From assembly GCA_016717305.1 (NCBI GenBank), contig JADKFY010000010.1, forward strand, positions 28,279 to 92,278: a DNA stretch of 64,000 nucleotides, given 5' to 3'. Positions 48,483-58,419 of the stretch are shown piece after piece. Made by a program: the position numbers and the translations under genes. Under the pieces are notes generated by a model. That model ran no database searches. It was not told the DNA's origin and saw nothing but the letters and a program-made list of their open reading frames with translations. How positions within the stretch are numbered: position 1 is the stretch's first letter; every line of letters begins with the position of its first letter. This stretch comes from Flavobacteriales bacterium. Lineage in GTDB: Bacteria > Bacteroidota > Bacteroidia > Flavobacteriales_F > PHOS-HE28.

Positions 48483-49043
48483 CTATGGGACCAAAGTTCC
48501 GTTCAACAGCATTAGTTTCACCTTGAGCACGGCAGCCACGGTCAGACTATCGGTCAATTCTTGCCTCATGACCATTTGGTAGAGTTCCTCGAAAGGCAAT
48601 TTTCTCGACACCAACTCTTCATTGTGGTCGGGCTCCGGCTCGAAGAAGGTAAGTCCTTGTGCCACATAGAGAAAAGCCTCTTCGTCGCTGGCGGAATTGC
48701 TCAGGTGCATATGAAGAATGGGGGTCCATTTGGTGGCCACAATGCCCGCTTCCTCGCGCAATTCCCTTTCCGCACTTTCTTGCGGTGGTTTGGACCGATC
48801 CGCCCCGCCTTCAGGGATCTCCCAACTGTAACTTTTAATTGGATATCTGTACTGTCCCACGATCCAAGTATTCAGCTCATCATCCAACGGAACGATGCCC
48901 ACGGCCATGTTCTTGAAGTGGACCACACCATAGATCCCTTCTGTACCACTTGGGTCGATCACTTCATGGTGGCTCACAGAGATCCATGGGGTGTTGTATT
49001 TCTCCTCCTCGCTAATGGTCTTCCACGGGCCTCGTTCGTTCAT
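48483..49043 (-). CDS. NUDIX hydrolase (ADP-ribose pyrophosphatase-like)
   Basis: Nudix box GGADRSKPPQESAERELREEAGI. ATG at 49043-49041 (MNERGPWKTI...); the upstream part of the six-frame ORF is probably untranslated. Confidence 0.75.
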   Translation of the reverse strand: MNERGPWKTISEEEKYNTPWISVSHHEVIDPSGTEGIYGVVHFKNMAVGIVPLDDELNTWIVGQYRYPIKSYSWEIPEGGADRSKPPQESAERELREEAGIVATKWTPILHMHLSNSASDEEAFLYVAQGLTFFEPEPDHNEELVSRKLPFEELYQMVMRQELTDSLTVAAVLKVKLMLLNGTLVP

Positions 49044-49138
49044 TTTTCCTCGGTTGTTGGCCGAAGGTACTGGTGTTGGGCAAGTTGAAATGCTTATCCG
49101 GCATTGGTCCATTGAACGGACGGGCGTAATTTTACCGC

Positions 49139-49717
49139 ATGGCCGCGATCACGTTGAAGGTAGGGGACCGTGTCGCCTTTGTTAACGAGGTGGGTGGTGG
49201 TAGCGTTATCGAGGTGCGACTCCGCGGCCGGGTAGTCGTGCGTGGCGACGATGGATTTGAGTTAGAGCGAGGGCTGAAGGAATTGGTGCGTTATGACCCT
49301 GTCGCGATCAAGAAGGCCTATTCAGTAACTGACCACCAAGCCGGGATGGTCGCTGCCAATGATGTGTTGGAGGAGAAGCGGAAGAAGCGATCGAATTCAA
49401 GGCCCGGTAAAACACCAAAACGGCCGGAGGACGCAAGCGTTGCCGAAGTGGACCTGCACTTGCATGAGTTGGTCCCGGACGAGACCCGGTTGGACAAGGC
49501 GGAGAAATTGAGCTACCAATTGGCCTATTTCGAGCGAAGCTTGGAGGCGGCGATCCGCGATGGCAAGAAGAAATTGATCGTGATCCACGGTGTGGGTGAA
49601 GGTGTATTGCGCGAGGAAGTGCGGAAAATGTTGCAGTTCTATGAGAACGTGCGTTTCCACGATGCTGATATGCGCAAGTATGGTGTGGGGGCCACGGAAG
49701 TTCAGATCCTGCGATAG
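49139..49717 (+). CDS. Smr-domain protein
   Basis: C-terminal Smr block KKLIVIHGVGEGVLREEVRKMLQFYENVRFHDAD. Confidence 0.7.
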   Translation: MAAITLKVGDRVAFVNEVGGGSVIEVRLRGRVVVRGDDGFELERGLKELVRYDPVAIKKAYSVTDHQAGMVAANDVLEEKRKKRSNSRPGKTPKRPEDASVAEVDLHLHELVPDETRLDKAEKLSYQLAYFERSLEAAIRDGKKKLIVIHGVGEGVLREEVRKMLQFYENVRFHDADMRKYGVGATEVQILR

Positions 49718-49751
49718 GAAGGACCCGGTCTGGCAAGTTTAGTTCTTTGAT

Positions 49752-50160
49752 ATCCTGTGCATCGCTTCGCCGTCCCGTGTCTTTGGCGCGGGGAGGAAAG
49801 TCCGGGCAGCGTAGGGCAGCGTGCTTCCTAACAGGAAGGGGCGTATTCGGGAACGGATGCGCTACGGAAAGTGCCGCAGAAAGGAAAACCGCCGACCCGC
49901 CGCAAGGTGGAGGTAAGGATGAAAAGGTGGGGTAAGAGCCCACCAGTGCTTCTGGCGACAGGGCAGCTAGGTAAACCCCACGCGCTGAAAGACCATGTAT
50001 ACTGGAAGTTCCGTAATGTCGGAACGTGGAAAGCCCGTCCTTCAAGGGCAACCTTGGGTCTGGAGGGTAGGTCGATGGATCCCGTTGGCAACAGCGGGAC
50101 TAGATAGATGGCGAAGGCCCAAGTAATTGGGAACAGGACCCGGCTTATAGGTGCACAGGC
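49752..50160 (+). ncRNA. rnpB: RNase P RNA, bacterial type A
   Basis: Conserved P4 strands GGGAGGAAAGTCCGGGC (about 49790) and ACAGGACCCGGCTTA (about 50130). P1 helix cctgtgcatc (49754) pairs with ggtgcacagg (50151-50160). GNRA/tetraloop-rich interior. All ORFs called across it are spurious. Confidence 0.8.
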
Positions 50161-50268
50161 TTTTATTGATGGGCCCTTCTTCCGTCCAACTGGATGTGGA
50201 GAAGGGCCTTTCCGTTGGAATGGACTTTGGAGGACAACGTCCACGGTTACCTTCGGCGCAGCAATGGA

Positions 50269-51210
50269 ATGCCATTCTTCATGCATCGCGGTCTAAGGAT
50301 ATTGGTAGCTTTTCTTGGGGTCTTGGTAGTGACCGAAGTCGTCTTGCGAACCGTCTTCGGCTTCTGCGACACGGTGCTATTGCGAGCGGATCCCAACTAC
50401 GAGTACATCGCACAACCCGATCAGGATCGCATGCGATTCCGGCATCACATCGTGTACAACAGCCTTTCCATGCGTTCACCGGAGCCGGACAGCAAAGCGG
50501 TGGTCATCCTTGGTTGTGGTGATTCGGTGATCAACGGTGGCGTGCTTACTGGTCAGGATTCCTTGGCCACCACGATCCTTTCAACAGAACTTGGCCAACT
50601 GCTTGGGCGCGAAGTGCAGTTCCTGAACATTTCAGCTGGAAGTTGGGGACCCGACAACTGCGCGGCTTATCTGAACAATACGAAGTTGCCCCAAGCGAAA
50701 ACCTTGGTGCTTTTCGCTAGTAGCCATGATGCGCATGACAATATGAGCTTCAAGAAAGTGGTGGGTGTGCGGAAGAGCTTTCCAGATGAACAGTACCCCA
50801 CCGCAATACAAGAATTGGTGGACCGCTACATTCTTCCAAGGATCATTGAACAAACCACGAGCACGGACAGTGAGTTGGGAATAGACAAAGGCGAGAGAGC
50901 CTTCAACAAGGGGTTCGCACAATTGAAAGAATATGCCGGGTCGCAGGGTATACCGATGGTGATCGTGTTGCACGCCGAGCGGTCGGAAATAGTTGCTGGG
51001 GATTACAATTCGCAAGGCCAGGAGATCATCGCCTTTGCCGAAGAGAATGGGATACATCTGTTGCGCGATCTGGACCATGGCGTTATCGTGGATCAGCTAC
51101 GCGATAAGATCCACCCCAATGATAGCGGGCAGCGTAAACTGGCGGAGATCGTAATGGACGATATGGCCACGAACAAGGGTGCGTATGGCTTGGAAACCTT
51201 GGATCGATGA
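50269..51210 (+). CDS. SGNH/GDSL-family hydrolase with N-terminal TM anchor
   Basis: ATG at 50269 or 50281 (MHRGLRILVAFLGVLVVTEVVL). Block I GCGDSV, block III region, block V IHPNDSGQ (DxxH-like). Confidence 0.6.
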   Translation: MPFFMHRGLRILVAFLGVLVVTEVVLRTVFGFCDTVLLRADPNYEYIAQPDQDRMRFRHHIVYNSLSMRSPEPDSKAVVILGCGDSVINGGVLTGQDSLATTILSTELGQLLGREVQFLNISAGSWGPDNCAAYLNNTKLPQAKTLVLFASSHDAHDNMSFKKVVGVRKSFPDEQYPTAIQELVDRYILPRIIEQTTSTDSELGIDKGERAFNKGFAQLKEYAGSQGIPMVIVLHAERSEIVAGDYNSQGQEIIAFAEENGIHLLRDLDHGVIVDQLRDKIHPNDSGQRKLAEIVMDDMATNKGAYGLETLDR

Positions 51211-51974
51211 AGGAAGGCACGCGGTTTGCCGAGCGGTGCGAATACCTTTGCGCCGTGCTTAGATCCTTCCTAACCCTATTTTTCCTTTGCTCCCTTTTGA
51301 CCACCGGTCTTGCACAGGAAATGGTCACCATCCACGGAAAAGTGATCACCTCCACCGACCAAAGGACGTACTACGATCTGATGATCGTGAACAAGCGCAC
51401 GCGGTCCGGGAGCTTCGGGAATTCCGATGGCACCTTCACGGTCCGCGCATTACAAACAGACACCTTGCTGGTGGGTTCCATTGGGCACCAGACCAAGATG
51501 TTCACCTTGACCGATAGCATCCCGAAAGGCACCTACAACATTACGCTTCGGTTGACACCCCTCCGCATAGATCTTGCTGAGGTCGAGATCCTTCCGGAGC
51601 GAACCTTGAAGCAGATCCAAAAGGACATTGACGCGCTGGGGTACAAAGAATCGGACTACAAGTTGAGCACCGTGAATGCGCTCCAAAGCCCGATCACGTT
51701 CCTCTACCAGGAATTCAGCAGGCGGGAGAGGAGCAAGCGGAAAGTCGCGGAGTTGGAAAATGAAGACCGCAAACGGGCCTTGCTCCAGGAACTGCTGCAG
51801 AAGTATGTTCAATACGACATCATCAACCTGAGCCCTGAAGCCTTCGATGACTTCATCGATTTCTGTGACGTTCCCGATCTCGTGATCCAAGGGCTTTCGC
51901 AGTACGACTTCCTGGTCTACGTGCAGCGCAAGTACGAACTGTACTCCAGCTTAGGTCCTACCCGGCGGCACTGA
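51207..51974 (+). CDS. hypothetical secreted protein (carboxypeptidase-regulatory-like beta-sandwich N-terminal domain)
   Basis: ATG overlaps the upstream TGA (ATGA). Signal-like FLTLFFLCSLLTTGLAQ, then IHGKVITSTDQRTYYDLMIVNKRTRSGSFGNSDGTFTV. C-terminal half is charged and helical. Confidence 0.5.
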   Translation: MKEGTRFAERCEYLCAVLRSFLTLFFLCSLLTTGLAQEMVTIHGKVITSTDQRTYYDLMIVNKRTRSGSFGNSDGTFTVRALQTDTLLVGSIGHQTKMFTLTDSIPKGTYNITLRLTPLRIDLAEVEILPERTLKQIQKDIDALGYKESDYKLSTVNALQSPITFLYQEFSRRERSKRKVAELENEDRKRALLQELLQKYVQYDIINLSPEAFDDFIDFCDVPDLVIQGLSQYDFLVYVQRKYELYSSLGPTRRH

Positions 51975-51977
51975 TCC

Positions 51978-52958
51978 ATGCAACCGACAAGGCGTCTCTG
52001 CGTACTCGCTTTGGTCATGTTCCCTGAACAACGGTGTTCCCACTTTGTGCTTTCAGCGTTCCTGTTGATCAGCAGCTTTTTGGCTCAAGCCCAGCCGGAC
52101 ACGCTGTTGAAGCACATAACGTTAAGTGAGTTCGTCGTCTCCGCCCAAGCCTCCGGTTTCAGTGTTGAGCGTTTCGTAGAGCAGGTGATGACGGACACTA
52201 CCTTCTACCAGAGCTTCCTCAATACCAAATACTATCCGCACAACTTGCGCAGTGATCTGGTGGTACAGAACAAACATGAAAAGGAGGTGGCCACTATGCA
52301 CCGGGGAGGTAAGTTCATTCGGGATGGTGCCATGGGGGAGCTACGGATCGATAGTGTCCGGGAACAAGGGAAACTGCGCAAGCGGAATGGTGAATTCCGC
52401 TTCCTCACGGTGGAGATGTACGACGATGTGTTCTTTCCGAAAGGACGTTTCGTAGCGAACAATACCATCCGTTCAAGGGAGCAGGAGATCGATCGCAGCT
52501 CGCGATTCGACAAGTACAAAAGCGAACTCAAGAAGTTCATGTTCAACCCCGGACAGGAGATCGCGAGCGTTCCTTTGATCGGCGACAAGCTGGCGCTCTT
52601 CGAGCCCGACATGGCCGAGTTCTATGACCATCGCATCTGGAGCGACCAACGCAACGGCCATGATTGCTGGGTCTTCAGCTCCGACGTGCGGCCCGGAACC
52701 GATGAGGACGACACCGTGATCAAGCGCATGGAAACCTGGTTCGACAAGGACAGCCGCCAAGTGATCGCCCGCGAATACCGGATCGCCTACGCCTCGCTCT
52801 TCCTCGATTTCGATATCCGCATGCGCGTGGACAATGCCGTGGTGGCCGGTGCCTTGGTGCCCACTTTCGTGGATTACGATGGCGATTGGGACATCCCGTT
52901 CAGCAAGCGCGAAGTGATCCGCTTTCAGTTGCGGATGGGGGAGTGGTTGGTGGAATGA
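51978..52958 (+). CDS. hypothetical secreted protein
   Basis: ATG 4 nt after the upstream stop. Signal-like VLSAFLLISSFLAQAQ. No recognisable catalytic motifs. Confidence 0.45.
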   Translation: MQPTRRLCVLALVMFPEQRCSHFVLSAFLLISSFLAQAQPDTLLKHITLSEFVVSAQASGFSVERFVEQVMTDTTFYQSFLNTKYYPHNLRSDLVVQNKHEKEVATMHRGGKFIRDGAMGELRIDSVREQGKLRKRNGEFRFLTVEMYDDVFFPKGRFVANNTIRSREQEIDRSSRFDKYKSELKKFMFNPGQEIASVPLIGDKLALFEPDMAEFYDHRIWSDQRNGHDCWVFSSDVRPGTDEDDTVIKRMETWFDKDSRQVIAREYRIAYASLFLDFDIRMRVDNAVVAGALVPTFVDYDGDWDIPFSKREVIRFQLRMGEWLVE

Positions 52959-52980
52959 GCGAGTGGGTAAACCCAGCTAC

Positions 52981-53568
52981 TCAAGGGTTCTCCGCCAGCC
53001 AAGCCTTTACCTTCAACAAGTGCACCTGTTTCACAGGCTCGCGTTCGGCACGACTGATCGGTGTGTAATAGACCTGCGACTCCATGAAGCGCACTTGTAG
53101 CTCGTTCCAATCCCGCTCATCCTTCACGATGCCGTAATGCTTGAACTCGTGGTACAATGTGGACCCTATCCGGAAGAAATCCGAGCGCCCGAGGTAGTCC
53201 AGGTCCGCGTCACATAGGATCATGCCCAAGGTGTCCTTCGGGTCCGTGGGCAGTTTCGTAGCCATCACGAGATCACAGACCCGTTGGATCTGCGTCTCCG
53301 AATACCCGAATTGTGGCAACGCCTCTCGCGCAATGATGCAGCCCGCCATTTCATGTTCGTGGTCCTGGATCAAGAAGCCGGAATCGTGGTACAACGCGGC
53401 GGTGCGCAATAGGTCCATCTCCTCTTCGTCCAAGTCATACTGCATGGCCAAAGCAATTGCCGATCGGTACACATCCAACGTATGGCTGAAGTTGTGGTAG
53501 GTACGCGTTCGCGGAAGTCCATGTCGGAGCTTCCCGAGGATGTGCATTTCGGCGGCTGGCTGGTGCAT
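52981..53568 (-). CDS. HD-domain phosphohydrolase
   Basis: HNFSHTLDV (H...HD motif), LYHDSGF, CDADLDYLGR. Confidence 0.75.
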   Translation of the reverse strand: MHQPAAEMHILGKLRHGLPRTRTYHNFSHTLDVYRSAIALAMQYDLDEEEMDLLRTAALYHDSGFLIQDHEHEMAGCIIAREALPQFGYSETQIQRVCDLVMATKLPTDPKDTLGMILCDADLDYLGRSDFFRIGSTLYHEFKHYGIVKDERDWNELQVRFMESQVYYTPISRAEREPVKQVHLLKVKAWLAENP

Positions 53569-53739
53569 GTCTGACGAAAGTATGCAAGGCCGTTGGATCG
53601 GTCAATTTGGAGTTGGAGCCGATCTATGATCCACAAGAGAGGCCTCCCCGATGTTGGGCCGATCGGCACTGGAGTCGTAGCTGAAGCGGTACCTTCCTTT
53701 GGGCAGCTACATGAACATTGGACTTATTCCTGTGTTCGT

Positions 53740-54690
53740 CTAATGCTTCCCCTCCAGCGCTAACCACCTCTCCGCATCCAATGCCGCCATGCAACCGGAA
53801 CCCGCGGAGGTAACCGCCTGGCGGTACACATGATCAGCGCAATCGCCAGCCACGAACACACCGGGCACTTTGGTAACGGTGCGGTCCGGGGTGTGCTTCA
53901 GGTAGCCTTGGGCATCCATGTCCAACCAATCCTTGAAAACGGCGGTGGCAGGCGTGTGGCCAATTGCCAGAAAGAGGCCGGTCACATCCAACTTACTGGC
54001 GGTCTTGGTCTTGTTGTTCACAATGGCGATGCCTTCAACAATGTCCTTGCCGAGCACATCGGTAACCTCGGTATTGAAGAGCACTTCAATGTTCGGGGTG
54101 TTCTCCACGCGGTGCACCATGGCCTTGCTGGCGCGGAACTCGTCTTTACGAACTAGCATGTAGACCTTGGGGCAAAGCTTGGCGAGGTAGGTTGCCTCTT
54201 CGCAGGCGCTATCTCCGGCACCCACCAAAGCCACGGTTTGGCCTTTGTAAAAGAAGCCATCGCAGACCGCGCATGCTGTAACTCCACCACCAATATCGCG
54301 CAAGCGTGTTTCGTTCGGCAGGCCCAGCCATTTTGCATTGGCCCCGGTGCAGATCAGCACGGTGTCGGCATGGATCTCGGTCTTTTCATCCACCCACACT
54401 TTATGCACGGGTCCGGAAAAGTCCACTTTCGTAACCCAGCCGTTGCGCACATCAGTGCCGAAGCGCATGGCTTGTGCCATCAGGTCTTCCATCATGTCCG
54501 GTCCTGTGCGCCCGTTGGGGTAACCGGGATAGTTGTCCACTTCGGTGGTCTGCGTCAACTGGCCACCAGGCAACGGGCCGGTGATCATCACGGGTTTCAA
54601 GTCGGCGCGTGCTGCGTAGATGGCAGCAGAGTAACCGGCAGGTCCCGATCCGATGATCAGGCATTTGAGACGTTCTGGACTGGTGGACAT
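53740..54690 (-). CDS. trxB: thioredoxin-disulfide reductase
   Basis: FAD motif LIIGSGPAGYSAAIYAAR, redox-active CAVCDG, NADPH motif GAGDSACEEA, GDCAD near the C-terminus. Confidence 0.9.
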   Translation of the reverse strand: MSTSPERLKCLIIGSGPAGYSAAIYAARADLKPVMITGPLPGGQLTQTTEVDNYPGYPNGRTGPDMMEDLMAQAMRFGTDVRNGWVTKVDFSGPVHKVWVDEKTEIHADTVLICTGANAKWLGLPNETRLRDIGGGVTACAVCDGFFYKGQTVALVGAGDSACEEATYLAKLCPKVYMLVRKDEFRASKAMVHRVENTPNIEVLFNTEVTDVLGKDIVEGIAIVNNKTKTASKLDVTGLFLAIGHTPATAVFKDWLDMDAQGYLKHTPDRTVTKVPGVFVAGDCADHVYRQAVTSAGSGCMAALDAERWLALEGKH

Positions 54691-54760
54691 GTTTTCTTAT
54701 TTCGGGGTGCAAAATTAACCGGTGGTAGCGAAGTGGACTTCCGCCTGACATAAGTGGAAC

Positions 54761-54814
54761 CGTGTCCCGCATGGGACTGCGGGAGGACGTGTCCCGCATG
54801 AGTCTGCGGGAGAA
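54761..54814. repeat. two tandem 27-bp palindromic units (GTCCCGCA-N6-TGCGGGA) in the trxB upstream region
   Basis: cgtgtcccgcatgggactgcgggagga is immediately followed by cgtgtcccgcatgagtctgcgggagaa. The same arms recur in the tRNA-Pro-associated repeats (59105-59140 etc.). Confidence 0.6.
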
Positions 54815-55039
54815 CGGCAATTTGATCCTCGCTGTTCATAGAAATACACGATCGAAGAAATGTGGCGAAAGCTCCATCGTACTAGTATGCCGTCATTCGG
54901 GTGATCAAGTGGCAACCGGCCCGTCCGCATTATAAATGAGAGATCGTGAACGACCGTGAATGAACGGAAACAAGCTCGATCCATTCACGCCTATTCACGT
55001 TCATTAACGGTTCAATTTCTTCGCTATCTCGAACGCCGA

Positions 55040-56008
55040 TCACGGCACGCAAACGACGGTATCCAAGCTGGTGCCGTAGCCTACCCAAACACCAAGGCCA
55101 CCCGTAATATTGCTTTCCACATTCGCTGGATTGCTGAAGAGATCGCCTTGTGAGGAGACGTTACCCGCGTACGATTCGTAGAATTTGTATTCTTTACGAC
55201 CAAGGCTCGCAAATTTCACCACCACGGTATCTCCGCGTTTGTAATAACCCGCTTCTTCGTTGTTGTCGTCAACTGCCGAACTGAATGGCATTGAGCCTCT
55301 GCTGTTGGGGAATTCGAAGGTGAGGCCACTGAAGAATCGGTCCTCGAACACGGAGAACAGGGGCGCAACGAAAGAGACATCCTTCGGCCCACCACCGATC
55401 TTTTGGTTGATCCGTTTGGTGAACCAGCGATAACCGTTGCCAAGGGTATCCGGATCGGAAAGGGAGGACCAGATGAAACCGAGGGAATCATCATTGGGAT
55501 TCTGTTGGGCGAGCCGGAACCAAAGCGAATCCAGTGGTACAATTTGTGGGATCGTGGTGACAGCGGAAGCACTCTTTCCATCGGCCTCCACGTTCAAGGT
55601 GTAGGTGCGGCCGGGTTCGCCAACAAATGGATCCATGGTGGGGTCCACGGTCCACGCACAAATGTTGATGCTGGCGAGCAGGGCGATATCCACTCCGGTA
55701 AGTTGTGCTGCGATGACGAGCAGCTCCGGCGAAAGCGAACCGCTGCACAATTTGGTAAGGGTCCGTGTGGTGTCTCCGTCGTTCACGGTAACGTTGCCTT
55801 CAGTGATGTACACGTTAGCCAGCGATGCAAGATCCGTAGGTGAGAAATAGCTCTGTGTGCGGGTAAGGAAAACGATGGGCGGTTGCCCGCTTTCGATGTT
55901 CCCTTCGATCACCAACTTCTGTTCCGTTTCCGGAAGATCTACGACGATGTCCTTGGTACAAGCCACCATGAGCAGGACCATGAGGAGGAGTGATGTGATG
56001 CGTGCCAT
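55040..56008 (-). CDS. DUF4249-like lipoprotein (TonB-receptor-associated)
   Basis: ATG at 56008-56006 gives MARITSLLLMVLLMVACTKD (lipobox). Start overlaps the stop of the upstream TonB receptor gene (TAATG). Position and architecture are typical of a DUF4249 partner. Confidence 0.55.
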   Translation of the reverse strand: MARITSLLLMVLLMVACTKDIVVDLPETEQKLVIEGNIESGQPPIVFLTRTQSYFSPTDLASLANVYITEGNVTVNDGDTTRTLTKLCSGSLSPELLVIAAQLTGVDIALLASINICAWTVDPTMDPFVGEPGRTYTLNVEADGKSASAVTTIPQIVPLDSLWFRLAQQNPNDDSLGFIWSSLSDPDTLGNGYRWFTKRINQKIGGGPKDVSFVAPLFSVFEDRFFSGLTFEFPNSRGSMPFSSAVDDNNEEAGYYKRGDTVVVKFASLGRKEYKFYESYAGNVSSQGDLFSNPANVESNITGGLGVWVGYGTSLDTVVCVP

Positions 56009-58419
56009 TAGAACTTGAAATTCCAAGTGATGGATGGGAGGATGGAGAACAGCGACACCTGCTTGGCGACGACTTGGAAATCACCGTCGGCAGGGCTTCC
56101 GTTGCTATCGAAATAGATGAAGTAGGGGTTCCTTCGATTGTAGGTGTTGTACACCCCGAAAGTCCAACTGCTGTGCCAGCGCTTGTTGATAACGGTGGTT
56201 TCGCCGGTGGCTTTGTCCCGCTTCGTTTTCGTCTTCTTGTTGCTGATCGTGGCCGAGAGGTCCAAACGATGATAAGGCACCATGCGATACCCGTTGCGAT
56301 CGGTGTATTCGCTTACAAGTCTTCCTTCGAAGAAGTACCTGTTCAACGGCACGGTAACGGCTTGTCCAGTGGCATACACGAAGGTTGCGCCGAAGGTCCA
56401 CCGCGTACCCGGTTCATAGGCTAACACTATGCTAAGGTCATGCCTTCGGTCCCAGCGGCTTGGGAACTCGCGGCCTTCATTCAGGTCGGGGAACTTGCGC
56501 ATGGTCTTGCTCCAGGTATAACCCAGCCAACCGTTCAGCTTTCCTGTTCGTTTCTTGATGAAGAGTTCTGCACCATAGCTGTACCCTGTACCGAAGACGA
56601 GTTGCGTGTCGTAATTCGCATTCGCATTGTTCTGTGGAAGTGCACCTGCGGCGTATTCGATCAGGTTCTTGAAATCCTTGTAGTAGCCTTCAACAGAAGC
56701 TTCGAACTGATGGTCCTTCAGGTCTCGGAAGTAGCCTACGGAATATTGGGTCCCGATCTGCGGCTTCACCTTGGTGCTGCTGGGTATCCAGACATCGGTA
56801 GGTAGGGCTTGGGAACTGAATGTGGCCAAGTGGACGTACTGCTGCCCTCTGGTCCAGGAGGCTTTGAAGCTGCTCTTGTTGTTCACCCTATAACGAAGAG
56901 AGAACCGCGGTTCCAATGCCGAGTAGGTGGAAATTTTCTTCCCTGGAGCGATGATATCCTGACCGGTCCGTTCTCCATTTTCGTCCAAGTTATTGTTCAC
57001 GTAAGGCCCCACGTGCGAAAAGGTGGTGAACCGGAGACCTGCATTGATCCTCAATTGATCGGTTAGATCGAAATCATCCATCACGTAGATCGCTCCTTCG
57101 TGGGCGTGCAACTTTGGCGGCGTGTCGATGTTGAAATTGGTATCGCCACTTGAAACGTCCACAGTGCTTGTAGTGTAAATGTGGTAGATGTATTGGCCGC
57201 CATACTTCAGGCTGTGGCGTGCGGTGGGGTAGTGGCTCAGGTCCACCTTCATACCATAATCCTTAATACCGCTGAACAAACGGAAGTTGAACTGTTCCTG
57301 CTCGGCCGCGAATTCGAAGGAATAATCACTGAACGTGGCCGTGGTGTTCATGAACAACTTGGGTCCGAACACATGGTTCCATCGTGCCGCCAGTGTGGCG
57401 TTGCCCCATGGTATTTTGAATGCCGGGTCTCCGGGGTCTGCACCGGCGAAAGTGAATACATCACGACCGAAATAACCGCTCAGGAAAATACGGTCCTTGT
57501 CGCTGATGGTGTAGTTCGCCTTTGCATTGAGGTCGTAGAAATAGTAACCGCTGCCGGAGAACTGCCCATCTTTTGGAACGAACGGTTTGGTAAGCACATC
57601 GATGTAGGTGCGCCTGCCACTTACGATGAAGGATGCCTTGTCCTTCAGGATCGGACCTTCGATCGTTAGGCGTGATGCGATCAGTCCGATACCGCCTTGC
57701 GCGTGGATCTTCTTTTCATTTCCCTCCTTCATGGTGATGTCCAGAACAGAGGAAATGCGACCACCATAGTTCGCAGGCATGCCGCCTTTGATCAATTCGA
57801 TGTTCTTGATCGCATCCGCATTGAACACACTGAAGAAACCGAATAGGTGGCTTGCGTTGTACACGGTTGCATTGTCCAGCAGGATCAAGTTCTGGTCGGG
57901 CCCTCCGCCGCGCACATAGAAACCGCTGTTCCCTTCGCCATTACTGGCCACACCGGGTAGGAATTGGATCGTTTTGAGAATATCCACTTCGCCAAAAAGG
58001 GCAGGCAGGGTGCTCAGCTTCTGCACATCCAGCTCGATCGTTCCCATCCGCGTGTCTTCGGTGTTGTCCGCACCTCGCTCGCCTACCACTTCAAATTCCT
58101 TAGCTTGGATCGCCTTTGGGCGAGCTTCGATATTGACTTTCTGGTCTGCGGTTAGCGTAACAGTCCGCTCATCATCTTCATACCCCACATATTGCATCAC
58201 AAGCGTGTGCGTGCCCAGTGGAAGGTTCAGTACGTAATACCCGAAATTGTTGGTAGCAGTGCCTTTCATGGTTTCGCGCACATATACGTTGGCACCGACC
58301 AAGGTCTCGCCCGTGGTGGCATCCTTCACATAGCCGCTAACCGTAAAGCCCTTCTGGGCCGCTGCGGAGGTGAATATGAAAAGCGAAGAACAATAGAAAA
58401 GGAAAAGTGCGATCCGCAT
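56008..58419 (-). CDS. TonB-dependent outer-membrane receptor (CarbopepD_reg-like N-domain + plug + beta-barrel)
   Basis: ATG at 58419 gives the signal peptide MRIALFLFYCSSLFIFTSAAAQ. N-terminal VSGYVKDATTGETLVGANVYV. Plug region. C-terminal ...TWNFKF aromatic terminus. Confidence 0.85.
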   Translation of the reverse strand: MRIALFLFYCSSLFIFTSAAAQKGFTVSGYVKDATTGETLVGANVYVRETMKGTATNNFGYYVLNLPLGTHTLVMQYVGYEDDERTVTLTADQKVNIEARPKAIQAKEFEVVGERGADNTEDTRMGTIELDVQKLSTLPALFGEVDILKTIQFLPGVASNGEGNSGFYVRGGGPDQNLILLDNATVYNASHLFGFFSVFNADAIKNIELIKGGMPANYGGRISSVLDITMKEGNEKKIHAQGGIGLIASRLTIEGPILKDKASFIVSGRRTYIDVLTKPFVPKDGQFSGSGYYFYDLNAKANYTISDKDRIFLSGYFGRDVFTFAGADPGDPAFKIPWGNATLAARWNHVFGPKLFMNTTATFSDYSFEFAAEQEQFNFRLFSGIKDYGMKVDLSHYPTARHSLKYGGQYIYHIYTTSTVDVSSGDTNFNIDTPPKLHAHEGAIYVMDDFDLTDQLRINAGLRFTTFSHVGPYVNNNLDENGERTGQDIIAPGKKISTYSALEPRFSLRYRVNNKSSFKASWTRGQQYVHLATFSSQALPTDVWIPSSTKVKPQIGTQYSVGYFRDLKDHQFEASVEGYYKDFKNLIEYAAGALPQNNANANYDTQLVFGTGYSYGAELFIKKRTGKLNGWLGYTWSKTMRKFPDLNEGREFPSRWDRRHDLSIVLAYEPGTRWTFGATFVYATGQAVTVPLNRYFFEGRLVSEYTDRNGYRMVPYHRLDLSATISNKKTKTKRDKATGETTVINKRWHSSWTFGVYNTYNRRNPYFIYFDSNGSPADGDFQVVAKQVSLFSILPSITWNFKF

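Noticed and set aside
49747-50296. Cluster of small ORFs on both strands (62-152 aa)
   Set aside because: All overlap the RNase P RNA gene.
54452-54820. 122-aa minus-strand ORF upstream of trxB with an internally repeated peptide (…RRLMRDTSSRSPMRDTVPL…)
   Set aside because: The peptide repeat is just the translation of the two tandem 27-bp palindromes. The region is better explained as trxB promoter/5' region.
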